A DNA stretch of 64,000 nucleotides, from contig NC_090417.1 in assembly GCF_036365525.1 (NCBI RefSeq), forward strand, positions 434,001-498,000. The letters run 5' to 3'. This stretch comes from Heterodontus francisci. Lineage: Eukaryota. The notes under the pieces are model-generated. The model was not told the origin of the DNA. It was given only the letters and a program-made list of their open reading frames with translations, and did no database searches. The translations under genes were made by a program, and so were the position numbers. Shown piece after piece: positions 39,746 to 53,590 of the stretch (positions within the stretch are counted from its first letter, which is position 1; each line of letters starts with the position of its first letter).

Positions 39746-39966
39746 ATAATCATTGTTCATTGAATTTTGTGAAATATTTTGTGAAAGTCCAAGTTTGTTT
39801 TATGCACTAGGCAGTCAGCCACCTCAATGAGACATCGCCTGGTGCCGTTCTTGTTGCCTATGCTCTCTTCACTTGAAAAATAAGTTTCAGAGTTTCTAAT
39901 ATGCCATGTCAGTAATTATGTATGAGGATGTTGGTGAATGCTAATGGTGTGTGTTCGTCTTCGTAG

Positions 39967-40173
39967 GGTAAAGTGTTTGAGAAGACGACCAAAGAGGTAG
40001 CTCAGCAAGAAAAGTGTAAAAACATGAAATGGAAAATCATTCTGGGAGTGACAGTTGCTCTTGTTATCCTTGCCATCATCATCATAATCGTCATTTACAA
40101 TACCCCACCTCCAAATTCAGCAGATTCAGCTTCTCGTTCTACAACACTGGAAGGAACGCAGAAGCCAACATGA
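39967..40173 (+). CDS. VAMP5: VAMP5-like last coding exon (TM helix plus luminal tail)
   Basis: tcgtag|GGT AAA; GKVFEKTTKEVAQQEKCKNMKWKIILGVTVALVILAIIIIIVIYNTPPPNSADSASRSTTLEGTQKPT*; the extended post-TM tail is VAMP5-like. Confidence 0.9.
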   Translation, partial: GKVFEKTTKEVAQQEKCKNMKWKIILGVTVALVILAIIIIIVIYNTPPPNSADSASRSTTLEGTQKPT

Positions 40174-42779
40174 CCCGGACTGCAGGGTTACTTTGTAGTG
40201 TTAAGGAAAAAAAAGAATCATCTTGTTATTGCTAAACCTACTCCTACTCAAGGTGCTTCTAGCTGTGGTACTTAAAAGTTAGGAACAAGACATCTAAGGA
40301 GCTACAACTGACACATTTTTGCTTCATTCTTTGATTAGTAGTCTATCTATTACAAAAATTAGTTTTCGAGGCATAATATATGGGATGTTTTTATCAGAAT
40401 GGGGCCTGCCAGATTCTTCAGTTTTGTTGTCGCCTGTCTCTGGGTGGATAGAGCCCACCCCTGTGTATACTGACAGCTTAACACCATCCCGACCAGTAAA
40501 GTTAGGGTACGATAGCTTAGCTGAACTAACAACTGAACTAACAACCCAGAGTTTGTGAGCTCCAATCCCACCATACTAGTAAAATTGACTTCAACAAAAA
40601 GCAGCAGTTTTGTAGCCTGGCCCCAGAAAAATGATCATAAATGCATCTAGACCGTGGGGAAAAATCCAACTGGTTCACAAACAGAATCTGTTACCCCTAT
40701 TTGGTCTGTCCCATGTTATATGGTTGACACTGAAACAAACCAGGCCGAACTACAGATGGGTAATCAATGGGGCCTTGCCACATGCTTAGGACAAATCAAA
40801 ATAAGAGTCGTGATTGGATTTTGTAGCATAATTGTAGCAGACTGGTCATCCAAGAAGTGCCTTGAATCAATTGAATTGAAAGATTAGAATAGTCGCAATT
40901 TTTTTCTATGCTGTTTAAATGTCTCCTTTAGTAGTTTTAAGTTTTATAGACCAGGAGGGTCCCATGTATGATCCCTAGGCTACTAATGTAGCAATGGAGC
41001 TACCGGCTTCAGCACCCTAGCTTGGAAAGGGAGGGGAGAAAATAATCAGCTGTGAAGGGCACAATGTTCGCCCAGCTGCCCAAGGCACTTTCAGATTTAA
41101 AAGTTTGAAAAGTTGGAGAGAGGACACCTTAGTGACCTCCACTTGAGCCGGACTTCGGGGTCCCAACCCAAGGGATAAAATCCTACCCCAAGTCATGTGT
41201 TGATTCCTCAACCAGCTTCATGGAGTGTATATTTGCAAATGCAAATCTATCTGACAAAGTAGGGAAAGTTTGTAGCTGAATTGAGCAGGAGAAAATCAGT
41301 ATTCACCTAGTGGGTGTGTTTGTCAGCTTGGCAGGACGGAGTTGTTTGATCCCTTTTAGATCAGCTTGGCCTGACAGCAGTGCCCAGTCTCCTTTGTGTC
41401 AAATAGAGGTTTGAAATTCTACAGGGCATTCATCGACCCCCAACTGCCCCTAAAACCATCAGAAAATGTACTTCACAGGATGGGAGAGATCTTGCCTGTG
41501 AACCATCCCTCCCTCTTTTTAATCAACTTTATAAAATTTATGATTCATCTTTGGGAAGAACTAATGGAGTACTAAACTCCATCCCGTCTGCAAGTCCGCC
41601 AACACTCAATGTGTATGAAGAGTGGAGGCTGAAGTGTGAGTAGTGGCTTCTGAAACTCAGTGAAGGAGTCTGCACCAACAGGAGAGGACAGAAAGCTGCA
41701 GGAGAAAGGAAACAAAGGCAAGGTAGCAAGAACTGCTGGTGACGCACCTCAAGAATTCAAAAGAACTGTAAAATAAAATGCAATGTCTCAAATATTTCAA
41801 AGTGAAAATGAGTGAATGCTGAGGCTGACTGCCAGATCAGATGTGCTGTAATTCAAAACATGTGCCCCGTGGATGTTGTAAAATAAAGAGGTCAGTGGAA
41901 AATGGTGTACTTGCTGCAGTTAGAATTTTAATCATCACAGAATATCTTTCATTTGTATTCCCATCCAGAGAATGATATACTTATTTCATTTTTATATCAC
42001 ACACTTCCTGCTCTCTGTGACCCGATGGTGTTGAAATTAAGGCTCATCGTCCCGCTGTCATGTTAATTATTTCCCAGAACTTTCAGCCTGTGGCGTGCCT
42101 CATCTTCCTTTCCTCTTACAACCTAAAACCCAAAATGGCATCATCTAATGATAACTTGCTGGCTTAATTTACCCTCCCTTTAACTCCGACTCTTTACACG
42201 GCCTGGACAATGGCCTTCCGTGGCGTCTCAGCAATAGCAGGATTAAAATTACCCAGCCCCTATATCATTGTCCTTGGTCGGGAAGGCAACGTTGTCTGAC
42301 CCACAGTCTTTTTTATGGGTGCTGTCAGTCTCAGTGCTTGGGCAGTTTGCCACGGAGCATGTTGGAACAAAGCTAATGGAGCAAGGAAACTCCCCACTGC
42401 TCTGGGCACGATTTCCCATTTCCCTTGGAGACTCCTCACTCATCCTATTTTGCAGGAAGCTCAATCCAACTGCCAATTGAGAGCATGACGTCTTTGCCAT
42501 TGTAGCTGCTAAGTCACACTGTGACTATAAATCACTGCAGAAATGGTTAAACATAAAGGAGATCACTCACAGGTGGTGTTTGGATTTGATGTTAGAAATG
42601 GCAGGATGACCCTTGACCTCTCACAGACGGGCTGACCACCCTTGCCGCCAAGAAATGGTAGTCAATGCTTCTTGAGCTCTTCAGTGACCCTGTGAACTTC
42701 CCCACCCTCCACAGGAAGCACTCAGGCTTAGTCCACCCTCCTTCCAAACACAGGAAGGTTCCCAGCCCCTACTCAATAT

Positions 42780-44200
42780 TTCTCCATTCAGTAGCCCTAG
42801 CCAAGCTGTTCCAATACAGCTACAACACTGGCATTTACCCGATAATGTGGAAAAATACCCAGGCATGTCATGTCCACAAAAAGCAGGACAAATCCTATCC
42901 ATGCAATTACCGCCCCATTAGTCTACTCTCAATCATCGGCAAAGTGACGGAAGATGTTGTCGACAGTGCTATCAAGCAGTGCTTACACAGCAATAACCTG
43001 CTCACTGATGCTCAGTTTGGGTTCTGCCAGCTCCTGACCTCATTTTCAGCCTTGGTCCAAACGTGGACAAAAGAGCTGAACTCAAGAGGTGAGGTGAGAG
43101 TGACTGCCCTTGACATCAAGGCAGCATTTGACCGAGTGTGGCATCAAGGAGCCCTAGCAAAACTGAAGCCAATGGGAATCAGGGGAAAACTCGCCGCTGG
43201 TTGGTGTCATACCTAGCACAAAGGAAGATGGTTGCGGTTGTTGGAGGCCAATCATCTCAGTCCCAGGACATCACTGCAGGAGTTCCTCAGGGTACTGTCC
43301 TAGGCCCAACCATCTTCAGCTGCTTCATCAATGACCTTCCTTCAATCATAAGGTCAGAAGTGGGGATGTTCGCTGATGATTGCACAATGTTCAGCAGCAT
43401 TCGCAACTCCTCAGATACTGAAGCAGTCTGTAGAAATGCAGCAAGACCTGGACAATATCCAGGCTTGGGCTGATAAGTGGCAAATAACATTCATGCCAAG
43501 CAATGACTATCTTCAAAAAGAGAGAATCTAACCATCTCCCCTTGACATTCAATGGCATTACATCGCTGAATCCCCACCATCATCATCCTGGGGGGTTACC
43601 ACTGACCAGAAACTGAACTGGAGCAGCCACATAAATACCGTGGCTACAAGAGCAGGTCAGAGGCTGTGAATTCTGCAGTGAGTAATTTGCCTCCTGACTC
43701 CTCAAAGCCTGTCCACCATCCACAAGGCACAAGTCAGGAGTGTGATAGAATTCTCCCCACTTGCCTGGATGGGTGCAGCTCTAACAACACTCAAGAAGCT
43801 CGACACCATCCAGGACAAAGCAGCCCGCTTGATCAGCCCCCCATCCACCACCTTCAACATTCACTCCCTCCACCATCAGCGGTCAGTCTCGGCAGTGTGT
43901 CCCATATACAAGATGCATTGCAGCAACTCACCAGGGCTCCTTCGACAGCACCTTCCAAGTTCACAACCTCTAGAAGGGCAAGGGCAGCAGACGCAAAGGA
44001 ACACCACCACCTGCAAGTTCCCCTCCAAGCCACACACCATCCTGACTTGGAACTATATCGCCGCTCCTTCACTGTTGCTGGGTCAAAATCCTGGAACTCC
44101 CTCCCTAACAGCACTGTGGGTGTACCTACACCCCAAGGACTGCAGCGGTTCAAGAAGGCGGCTCACCACCACCTTCTCAAGGGCAATTAGAGATGGGCAT
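42780..44200 (+). mobile_element. Zenon-like CR1-group LINE, RT to 3' end
   Basis: NYRPISLLS, ALDIKAAFDRVWH, GVPQG, MFADD; frameshifted. Confidence 0.88.
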
Positions 44201-44214
44201 CAAATGCGGAACGA

Positions 44215-47200
44215 ATGAAACAAAAAGGTATGGTTTTAATCAGGATTTGATCTTACTCACACTGAGCAGGGAAGTACTGAGTACAAATGGAAAGAACAGT
44301 GGATATCCATGGACTCGGAGCAATACAAAGAACAGCAAAGGGATTCAAAGAAAGCAGTTAGACCTCCAAAAAGGGAATACGCGAAAAAACGTGCGAGGGA
44401 TGTTTGGGAAAACACTCAAAGTTTTATAATCATATTAAGAGAAATAGGGTGGCTAAGAATAAGATCATTGAAAATCAGGAAACGGCAGACATGCTAACTT
44501 GCTGATTTATATCAGTCTTCACTAAAAATAAATCAAATAAAGGAACTTAATTAACATAAGTAGAAAATGCCCATAGAGATAAGAATGAAACTAAAGATAA
44601 ATACATCGCCAGGGCGTTTTAAAAGAAGTAGATGAGGAAATGATGGATGGTTTAGTCATGATCTTTCAAAATGCTCTTGATTCAGGAATTGTTGGAAAAT
44701 TGTTAAATTATTAATGTCACTCCATGATTTATGAAGGGCAGGAGAGAGACACGAGGAAGTTACAGGCCTATTGGTGGGGGAGTTACGAGAATCAGTTATT
44801 AGGGACAGAACGACTGAGCACTCAAACAAAAAGATCTGATCAGAAAAGGCAAACATGAACTAGTGTTTACTGTTGAACTTTTTGAGGAAGAAACTAAAGT
44901 GGTAGATAAGGGAATGTCTGGGTTATTATTCATATGGACTTATAGAAGGCATTCGGTAAGGATCCGCACAAGAAACGGTTAACAAAAACGAGAGTGCATG
45001 CAATTGGGGGTAATCTATTAACAATAGGTAGGACATTAGTTAAGAGGTAGAAGAGAGGGTAGGGATAATGGGTATGCACTCAAATTGTCAGGATGTGGTG
45101 TCCCTCATGGATCTGTACTGGGGCCTCAGCTTTTCACTGTATTTATACATGACTTAGACAAAGGAATTGGGACATATATGAAAATTTGCTGACAACACAA
45201 AGTCAGGTGGCCCAGTAAGTAGTTTAGATGGGAGCAGAAAGTTGCAAAGGGACATTGACAGATTAAGTGAATGGGCAAAACTTGTGTCAGATGGAGTTCA
45301 ACATGGGGAAGTGTGAGGCCATCAACTTCGGACCCCAAGAAAGAAAAATCAAGGACATTTTCTAAATGGTGAGAAACTCGGAACTGTGGAGGATCAGAGA
45401 AGGAGAGATTTAGAGGTCTGTGTACAAAGTGGATAGGAAAAATAATTTAAAGGGTTAATGGGATGTTGACCTTTATCTCATTGGGGCTGGAATACCGTGG
45501 GGTAGAAGTTATGTTACAATCAGATAAGCCTGGGTTAGACCTCATCTGGAGTACTGTGTTCAGTTCTGGACATCGCACCTCAGGAGAGATATACAGGCCT
45601 TGGACAGAGAGTACAGTGCAGCTTTACCAGAATGATGCTGGGGCTAAAAGGGTTAAATGATGAAGACAGGTTGCATTGACTGGGTGTCCTCCAGTGCCTT
45701 GCTCCAGTGGCCATTTTTCATCTGCGAGCCCAGACAGCTCAGCCGGATTCTGTCCTCACCCGAAGTTCCAACAATGGAGTTCTGAACAATGGTTAGGAAC
45801 GGGAACAATACTTGATATATTTCTCCGCTCCCTAGACAAGAGAGTTTCGGTTCAACTGTAGAACGGCAACTGCCCCACACTGGTTCAGATCAGCTATGTC
45901 AGGTCAGGCTGGAGGAAACTGGGCCTGGAACATTGAGGCAACTGAGGTTTATTTATATACGAACTGAACTATCAGGAAGGAAAATAGTCCAAGGAACGAA
46001 TTACAGATGTGCCGGGGTAGTTACTCATGACTGTGCTTCATACCAACCTTAACTACATTATTCTGCCTTTCGTTTGGTTTTTTTCCCCCTCCATTTGTTT
46101 ATTGGCCCCTGCGAGTTCAGGAACAGTTACTCATGTGTGATACTCGCCTTGGTGAATGAACAATGGTGCAGTAAATTTAAGTCATCCTGTTCTCCTGTCT
46201 ATAGAAAATGTACGTGGGTGTACAATGGAGCTGTAACCAGGAGGAAGTGACTGTTCGACGGGACGGGTTCATTGCAGTCGCGGTTTACTCAGTGATGATT
46301 TCAATGCCAGGAGTTTACCTATTTCACGAAATCATGAAGCAGATTAATGTGTGTTGAGGCAATCTGTTTTAGAGGGGCATGGAATGGTTGCAGCACAGAA
46401 GGAGGCCATTTGGCACGTCATGTCCATTCTGGCCCTCCGTAAGAGCCACTCAACTAGTTCCACTCCTTTTCCCCGTAGCCCCGCAAATTCTTTCTCTTCA
46501 GATAATTATCCAATCTCCTTTTGAAAGCCACGATTGAACCTGCCTCCACCACACTCTGCATTCCAGATCCGAACCGCTCACTGCTTAAAAAAGCTTTTCC
46601 TCAATTCACTGCTGCTTCTTATGCCAGTCACCTGAAATCAGTGCCCTCTGGTTCTCAATCCTTCCGTCAATGGGAAGAGTTCTGAAATAAATAAAAAGGT
46701 TTGAGAATGTCTTAGTTGACTAGCTAGTCTCATGATTTTGGACACCTCTATCAAATCTCCTCTTCACCTTTTCTCAAAAGAGAACAGCCCCAGCTTCTCC
46801 AATTTATCCACGGAAATGAAATCCCTCATCCCCGGAACTATTCTCATAAATCTGTTCTGCATTCCCTCCATTGCCTGCACATCCTTCCCAAAATGCAGTG
46901 CCCAGAAATGGACACACTACTCCACTTGAGGCTGAGACCGTGTTTTATAAAGGTTCATAGCGAGAGGATTCGAGTACAGGAGCAGGGACGTCTTGCTGCA
47001 ATTATACAGGGCCTTGGTGAGGCCGCTCCTGGAATATTGTGTGCAGTTTTGGTCTCCTTATCTGAGGAAGGATGTTCTTGCTATAGAGGGAGTGCAGCGA
47101 AGGTTTACCAGACTGATTCTTAGGATGGCGGGACTGACATATGAGGAGAGATTAAGTCGGTTAGGATTATATTTGCTGGAGTTCGGAATAATGAGGGGGA

Positions 47201-47660
47201 TCTCATAGAAACCTATAAAATTCTAACAGGACTTGACAGGGTAGATTCAGGAAGGATGTTCCCGATGGTGGGGGAGTCCAGAACCAGGGGTCATAGTCTA
47301 AGGATACGGGGTAAACCTTTCAGGACTGAGATGCGGAGAAATTTCTTCACCCAGAGAGTGGTGAGCCTGTGGAATTCGCGACCACAGAAAGCAGTTGAGG
47401 CCAAAACATTGTAAGCTCTTGGGGCGAAGGGATCAAAGGATATGGGGAGAAAGCGGCAACAGGTTACTGAGTTGGATGATCAGCCATGATCATAATGAAT
47501 GGCGGAGCAGGCTCGAAGGGCCGAATGGCCTACTTCTGCTCCTATTTTCTGTGCTTCTATGTTTTATCTCAAATGCCCGATAACAACTTTCTCAACCTGC
47601 CCTGCCACCTTCAACAATTTGTGCACATATACCCGCAGGTCCCTCTGCTCCTGCACCCCT
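44215..47660. mobile_element. CR1 fragments: old + copy 44215-45680, - copy 46380-46960 and 47570-47660, younger + copy 46960-47565
   Basis: RT C-terminal motifs and tails on both strands; unique sequence 45700-46350 lies between them. Confidence 0.75.
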
Positions 47661-47979
47661 TCTTTTTTGGATGTTTTTGGGAACATCGCCGATAGTTAGG
47701 ATGTGACTTTATTGTTTCGGATGTACTGAATTTTATTATACATTTAGTTACTGTTAAAAACATACCTGATATAAGATGCATTCTTACAACTTTTGAACCC
47801 AGACTTTTGAAAGCCGGACTTGTTCCATCGAAGCGGGAAGGACAATTCCAGACCCCTCCACGTCTGCCCCAGCTGAGATCATCAAACTTGGAATGGCTGG
47901 CACCTTTTCAGCATTCTGATAACAATCACGCATTGGCATGCGACAGGTTGGCGTCTGTCGGTTTTATTTTATTTGTTTC

Positions 47980-49155
47980 ATGGGATGTGGGCATCACTGG
48001 CCAGGCCAGCATTTATTGCCCATCCCTAATTGCCCTTGAGAAGGTGGTGGTGAGCTGCCTTCTTGAACTGCTGCAGGCCGTGTGCTGTAGGTACACCCAC
48101 AGTGCGGTTAGGGAGGGAGTGCCAGGATTTTGACCCAGTGACAGTGAAGGAACGGCGATATAGTTCCAAGTCAGGATGGTGTGTGACTTGGAGGGGAACT
48201 TGCAGGTGGTGGTGTTCCCATGTATTTGCTGCCCTTGTCCTTCTAGTTGGTAGAGGTCGGGGGTTTGGAAGGTGCTGTCTAAGGAGCCTTGGTGCGTTGC
48301 TGCAGTTGAATCTTGTAGATGGTACACACTGCTGCCACTGTGCATCGGTGATGGAGGGAGTGAATGTTGAAGGTGGTGGATGGGGTAGCCGATCAAGCGG
48401 CCTGCTTTGTCCTGGATGGTGTCGAGCTTCTTGAGTGATGTTGGAGCTGCACTCATCCAGGCAAGTGGAGAGTATTCCACCACACTCCTGACTTGTGCCT
48501 TGTAGATGGTGGACAGGCTTTGAGGAGTCAGGAGGTGAGTTACTCACTGCAGACTTCCCTGCCTCTGACCTGCTCTTGCAGCCACAGTATTTATACGGCT
48601 GCTCCAATTCAGTTTCTGGTCAATGGTAACTCTCAGGTTCTGATAATGGGGGATTCAGCGATGGTAATGCCATTGAATGTCAAGGGGAAATGGTTGGATT
48701 CTCTCTTGTTGGAGATGGTCATTGCCTGGCACTTGTGTGGCGTAAATATAACTTTCCACTTATCAGCCCAAGCCTGGATATTGTCCAGGTCTTGCTGCAT
48801 ATGGATACAGACTGCTTCAGTATCTGAGGAGTCGCAAATGCAATTATCAGCAAATATCCCCACTTCTGACCTTATGAGGGAAGGAAGGTCATTGATGAAG
48901 CAGCTGAAGATGGTTGAGCCCAGGACACTACCCTGAGGAACTCCTGCAGTGATGTCCTGGGACTCAGATGATTGACCTCGAACAAACACAACCATCTTCC
49001 TTTGTGCTAGGTATGACTCCAACCAGCGGCGAGTTTTGCCCCTGATTCCCATTGACTTCAGTTTTGCGAGGGCTCCTTGATGCCACACTCGGTCAAACGC
49101 TGCCTTGATGTCAAGGGCAGTCACTCTCACCCTTACTTCTTGAGTTCAGCTCTTT
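47980..49155 (-). mobile_element. Zenon-like CR1-group LINE
   Basis: ORF 48633-49130 ALDIKAAFDRVWH...GVPQGSVLG; inverse of 43075-44200. Confidence 0.88.
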
Positions 49156-49538
49156 AGACTCTCGCAGTCCAGCAGCTAGCAATGGCATCGTGAAGAGCTA
49201 TTTAATGAGCAGTCCTACTCTGGGTAAACAAACTTTATGAGCCAACTTCCTTCATGTAAATATTTCCACAGTAGAAATTTCTTATCAGTAGTAGTTGAGG
49301 CCTGGGCAGGCATTTGCGAGAGGAAAGGCTGGGTAATGAAGTGCACTTCTCTCGAACAATGACTATAAACGGCAATATCTATAAGTGTTAAGGCGATGCA
49401 GCAGCATCCTGTCCTGAAAATTTTATTTTCAATTCTATTTATGTTGCAAACATCACGAAAGGAAACTGCCTGAAACCTCATGCAAGTGACATTTCCCACG
49501 CATGGATTACATAGGATTTTGCAGGTTTACTTAGGATA

Positions 49539-49787
49539 ATTGTGGCTAAATTGTGGCGAGTCAAAGAGACTTAGTAGTTGGCAGGAAAAAAGACAGAGGC
49601 GCAAGGGGAGAGCCAACTGTGCAACAGCCCCAACAAACAAATTTCTCTGCAGCACCTGTGGAAGAGCCTGTCACTCCAGAATTGGCCTTTATAGCCACTC
49701 CAGGCGCTGCTTCACAAACCACTGACCACCTCCAGGCGCGTATCCATTGTCTCTCGAGATAAGGAGGCCCAAAAGAAGAAAGAAAGA
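49539..49787 (+). mobile_element. RTE-clade LINE 3' end
   Basis: CSTCGRACHSRIGLYSH zinc finger, (GAA/GAAA) tail, 10-bp TSD ACTTAGGATA. Confidence 0.88.
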
Positions 49788-49934
49788 ACTTAGGATATAC
49801 AGCACGGAAACAGGCCATTTGGCCCAACCAGTCCATGCCAGCATTTCTGCTCCACTCGAGTCTCCTCCCATCCTTCCTCATCTCACTCGATCAGCATAAC
49901 CATCTATTTCCCTTATCGCTTCCCCTTAAATACA

Positions 49935-50355
49935 GTTCAATAATTTCAGAGCATGACGGGCCCCCCATTTTACTTTTATTTTTTTTAGTGTTTATTTTAT
50001 TTCATCTTCGTTTGTTCAGTTTGCTGACCCACAGTTTTTCTTTCATGTTTGTACTTGCGGCTGTTCAATTTTCAGTCCGTTAACACCCTATCTGTACTAA
50101 TGCTTTGTCTTTCAACACACCATTAACATATTGTTTGCCTTTGCTCCACGACCTTCTGGTCAGCTATTCTGTGACCTTGTCCTATCTACACCTTCTCCTT
50201 TGTGATCTCTTGCCCCACCCCCGCTTTGCTTATAACCTTTCACATTTCTAATATTTGCCAGTTCTGAAGAAGGGTCACTGACCTGAAACATTAACTCTGC
50301 TTCTCACTCCACAGATGCTGCCTGAGTATTTCCAACATTTCTTGTTTTTATTATT
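49935..50355 (+). mobile_element. Penelope-like 3' end with hammerhead motif
   Basis: Starts with ...FNNFRA*; 12-bp TSD CCCTTAAATACA (49923-49934 and 50356-50367); related inverse fragment at 31625-31732. Confidence 0.7.
50260..50296 (+). ncRNA. Minimal hammerhead motif, third (different family)
   Basis: AGTT-CTGAAGA-AGGGTCACTGACCT-GAAA-CA-TT-AACT; stem I AGTT/AACT, stem II GGTC/GACC. Confidence 0.55.
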
Positions 50356-50642
50356 CCCTTAAATACATCTGTGCTATTCGTCTCAACTATTCCCTATGGT
50401 AGCGAGTTTCACATTCTCACCACTCTCTAGGTAAAGAAGTTTTGTCTGAATTCCCTATTGGATTTCTTGGTGACTATCATATATTGATGGCCTCCAGTTA
50501 TGCTCTTCCAAGAAGGAGCACTCTCTCTGTAGCCACTCTATCGAAACCTTTCAAAATTTTAAAGACCTCTATTAGGTCTCCCCTCAGTTTCTCTGTTCAA
50601 AAGCCTGTTCATTTTTTTCCCCCAAAAATATACTTCATTCAT

Positions 50643-51312
50643 CTTCTTTGGCCTCCTTATCTCGAGAGACAATGGATACGCGCCTGGAGGTGGTCAGTGG
50701 TTTGTGGAGCAGCGCCTGGAGTGGCTATAAAGGCCAATTCTAGAGTGACAGGCTCTTCCACAGGTGCTGCAGAAAACTTTGTTTGTCGGGGCTGTTACAC
50801 AGTTGGCTCTCCCCTTGAGCCTCTGTCTTTTTTCCTGCCAACTGCTAAGTCTCTTCGACTCGCCACACTTTAGCCCTGCCTTTATGGCTGCCCGCCAGCT
50901 CTGGCGAACGCTGGCAACTGACTCCCACGACTTGTGATCAATGTCACAGGATTTCATGTCGCGTTTGCAGATGTCTTTAAAGCGGAGACGTGGACGGCCG
51001 GTGGGTCTGATACCAGTGGCGAGCTCGCTGTACAATGTGTCTTTGGGGATCCTGCCATCTTCCATGCGGCTCACATGGCCAAGCCATCTCAAGCGCCGCT
51101 GACTCAGTAGTGTGTATAAGCTGGGGATGTTGGCCGCCTCGAGGACTTCTGCGTTGGAGGTACGGTCCTGCCACCTGATGCCAAGTATTCTCCGGAGGCA
51201 GCGAAGATGGAATGAATTGAGGCGTCGCTCTTGGCTGACATACGTTGTCCAGGCCTCGCTGCCATAGAGCAAGGTACTGAGGACACAGGCTTGATACACT
51301 CGGACTTTTGTG
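50643..51312 (-). mobile_element. RTE-clade LINE 3' part, open frame
   Basis: 207-aa ORF with LRRILGIRWQD, RRLRWLGHV, GRPRLRFKD; TSD TTCATTCAT. Confidence 0.92.
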
Positions 51313-53014
51313 TTCATTCATAACATTTGTAAAAGTGCATTATATAACAGTTCAATTTTGACATTACATAGAATGCAATACAGTTTATTTCAATACTGTA
51401 CAGTTAAACTAAATGGTACCATTTAAAGGGAGTGCAGGAATAGAGAGACCTGGGGGTAGACGTGCCACAAATCTTTGAAGGTGGCAGGGCAAGTTGGGAA
51501 GGGTGGTCAAAAAGCAAATGGGATCTTTGGCTTTATTAATAGAGGCATTGAGTACAAAAGCAAGGATGTTCTGCTAAACCTTTATAAGTCACTTGTTAAG
51601 CATCGGGCCTCCGAGAGGGTGCAGAGGAGATTAACTCAAATGGCGCCAGGGATGAAGGGCTTCAGCTATGTGAGAGACTGGCGAAGCAGGCGGTTATTTG
51701 CTTTAGAGCAGCCAAGGTTGAGAGGAGATGTAATCGAGGTGTTCAAAATCATGAACTGTTTTTGATAGAGTAAATAAGGAGAAACTTGTCTCCAGTGACA
51801 GGACGGTGAGTAATAAGAGGACACGGACAAAAGAACCAGGAGTGACGTGCAGGGAAAAAAAAGAATTTACACAGTGAATCGTTATGATCTGGAATACACT
51901 GGCTGAAATTGAATCATAACTTGCAAAAGGGAATTGGATAAATACCTGGGCTAGAGGGAAAGAGCAGGGGAGTCGGATTAATTGAATAACTCTACCAAAC
52001 AGCCAGCACAGGCATGATGGGCTGAATGGCCTCTTTCTGTTGTCTATCATTTCACGATCCTATGAATCGATGAAAAGGCTCGAAAATGCCTCAAAATCGA
52101 CAGGAAACAAGGGAGCCGAGAGTTTGAGTAAGGGAAGGCAACCTTCCTGAGATAGCTTGTTGCTGCTGATGTGGTTTAAGTATTTACAATAACATATTCA
52201 GATATTATTTATGACAATTAGAAAGCTCAGCACATGTACTTCCTAAAGGGGAAGTGTTTTGGTTAAACTGAGACACATTGTTACCGGTCACTCCCTCAGA
52301 ATGACTGCCCTCAATCACAAGAAAACCTTGGAAATTCATATTCTCTTTCGCCGATTAGAAAAAAAAATGAAATGAATTTTAAACCAACCCCCGCCCACAC
52401 ACTCAGCAGCTCATGACAGAATCCAAAGATTTGCTTTTCTGCAATGTAAAAGCAATCTGTCTGGCCATTTTGCTTGCCTGTGGATTTATTTAGTAGAATT
52501 GTTTCCTCATGCTCCCTATTCACTAACAAAACTTAAAGGCATTTAAGACTCCCATCCTTTCGCAACTTATGGCACTGTTCACTTCTAACTAAGTAGCCGT
52601 CACTGAGCTTTCCGTCAGAGCTATTTTTTTGTGACTATCTAGTATTCTTTCATCAATCCATTACAGTCTATAGCTTGTCTTCCAACTCAGGGCTCTGTTC
52701 TGTATCCCTTCTGTTCCTTAACCTTCTGCACGAGAACAATCTTTTCATCATCCAACCTAATGGTATCAGCAGTATCTCCGTCTCTCAGCTAGAATTTTGT
52801 GGGTTCAAGACCCATTCCCAGCGACTTGAGCACATCATCTAGGCTGACATTTCAGTACAGTACTGAGGGAGTACTGAAGCTGCTGTCTTTCCATTGAGAC
52901 GTTAATCTGAAGCTTGGTCTCTCAGGTAGATTCAAAAGATCCCATCATGGTATTATTTGAAGAAGATGAGGGGAGTTCTCCTAGTGTCCTGGGCAACATT
53001 TATTCCTCATCTAA

Positions 53015-53590
53015 TCTTCTTCTTCGGCAGTCCCTCGGGAACGAGGATGACTTTCTTCCACTCCAGGGTTGTGAGTCCTTAGGTGACCGAATAGTCCAAT
53101 TCTGGATCCGCACACTCTGCCACAGGTGGGGCAGGTGGTGTTTGGTGAGACGAGGGAATAGGATGCTCGAATTTCCGAACCTCCTTCCGCTGTTTGTGCT
53201 TGGTCGCTGCCTGGGCATGTCGACGTTGTTCGAACTGGCTGGCAGCTTCGCGGATGCTTCTTCTCCATTTCGGGCGGTCTCGGGCAAGAGATTCCCACGA
53301 ATCAGTGGAGATGTCCACATTTTGTCAGGGAGGCTTTAAGGACATCCTTGTAGCGTTTCCTCTGCCCTCCTGGTAGCCTCTTGCAGTGAGGGAGCTCGGA
53401 GTGGAAAGCTTGTTTTGGGAGTCTTGTGTCAGGCATGTGGACAATGTGGCCTGTCCAACGTAACTGACTAGCCACGAGCAGTGGGGCCTGAGAGAGGACA
53501 CTGATATTGGAGCACCTGTCCTGGCACGGAATTTGCAGGATCTTGCGGAGACACCGCTGGTGATATCTCTCCAGGGCTTTGAGATGTCTG
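53015..53590 (-). mobile_element. Degenerate RTE fragment, different subfamily
   Basis: WESLARDRPKWR, CPTCGRVCGSRIGLFGHL; another RTE fragment near 57680-58210. Confidence 0.78.

Noticed and set aside
46185-46360. Acceptor-like site followed by a short ORF
   Set aside because: No homology recognised and no partner exon
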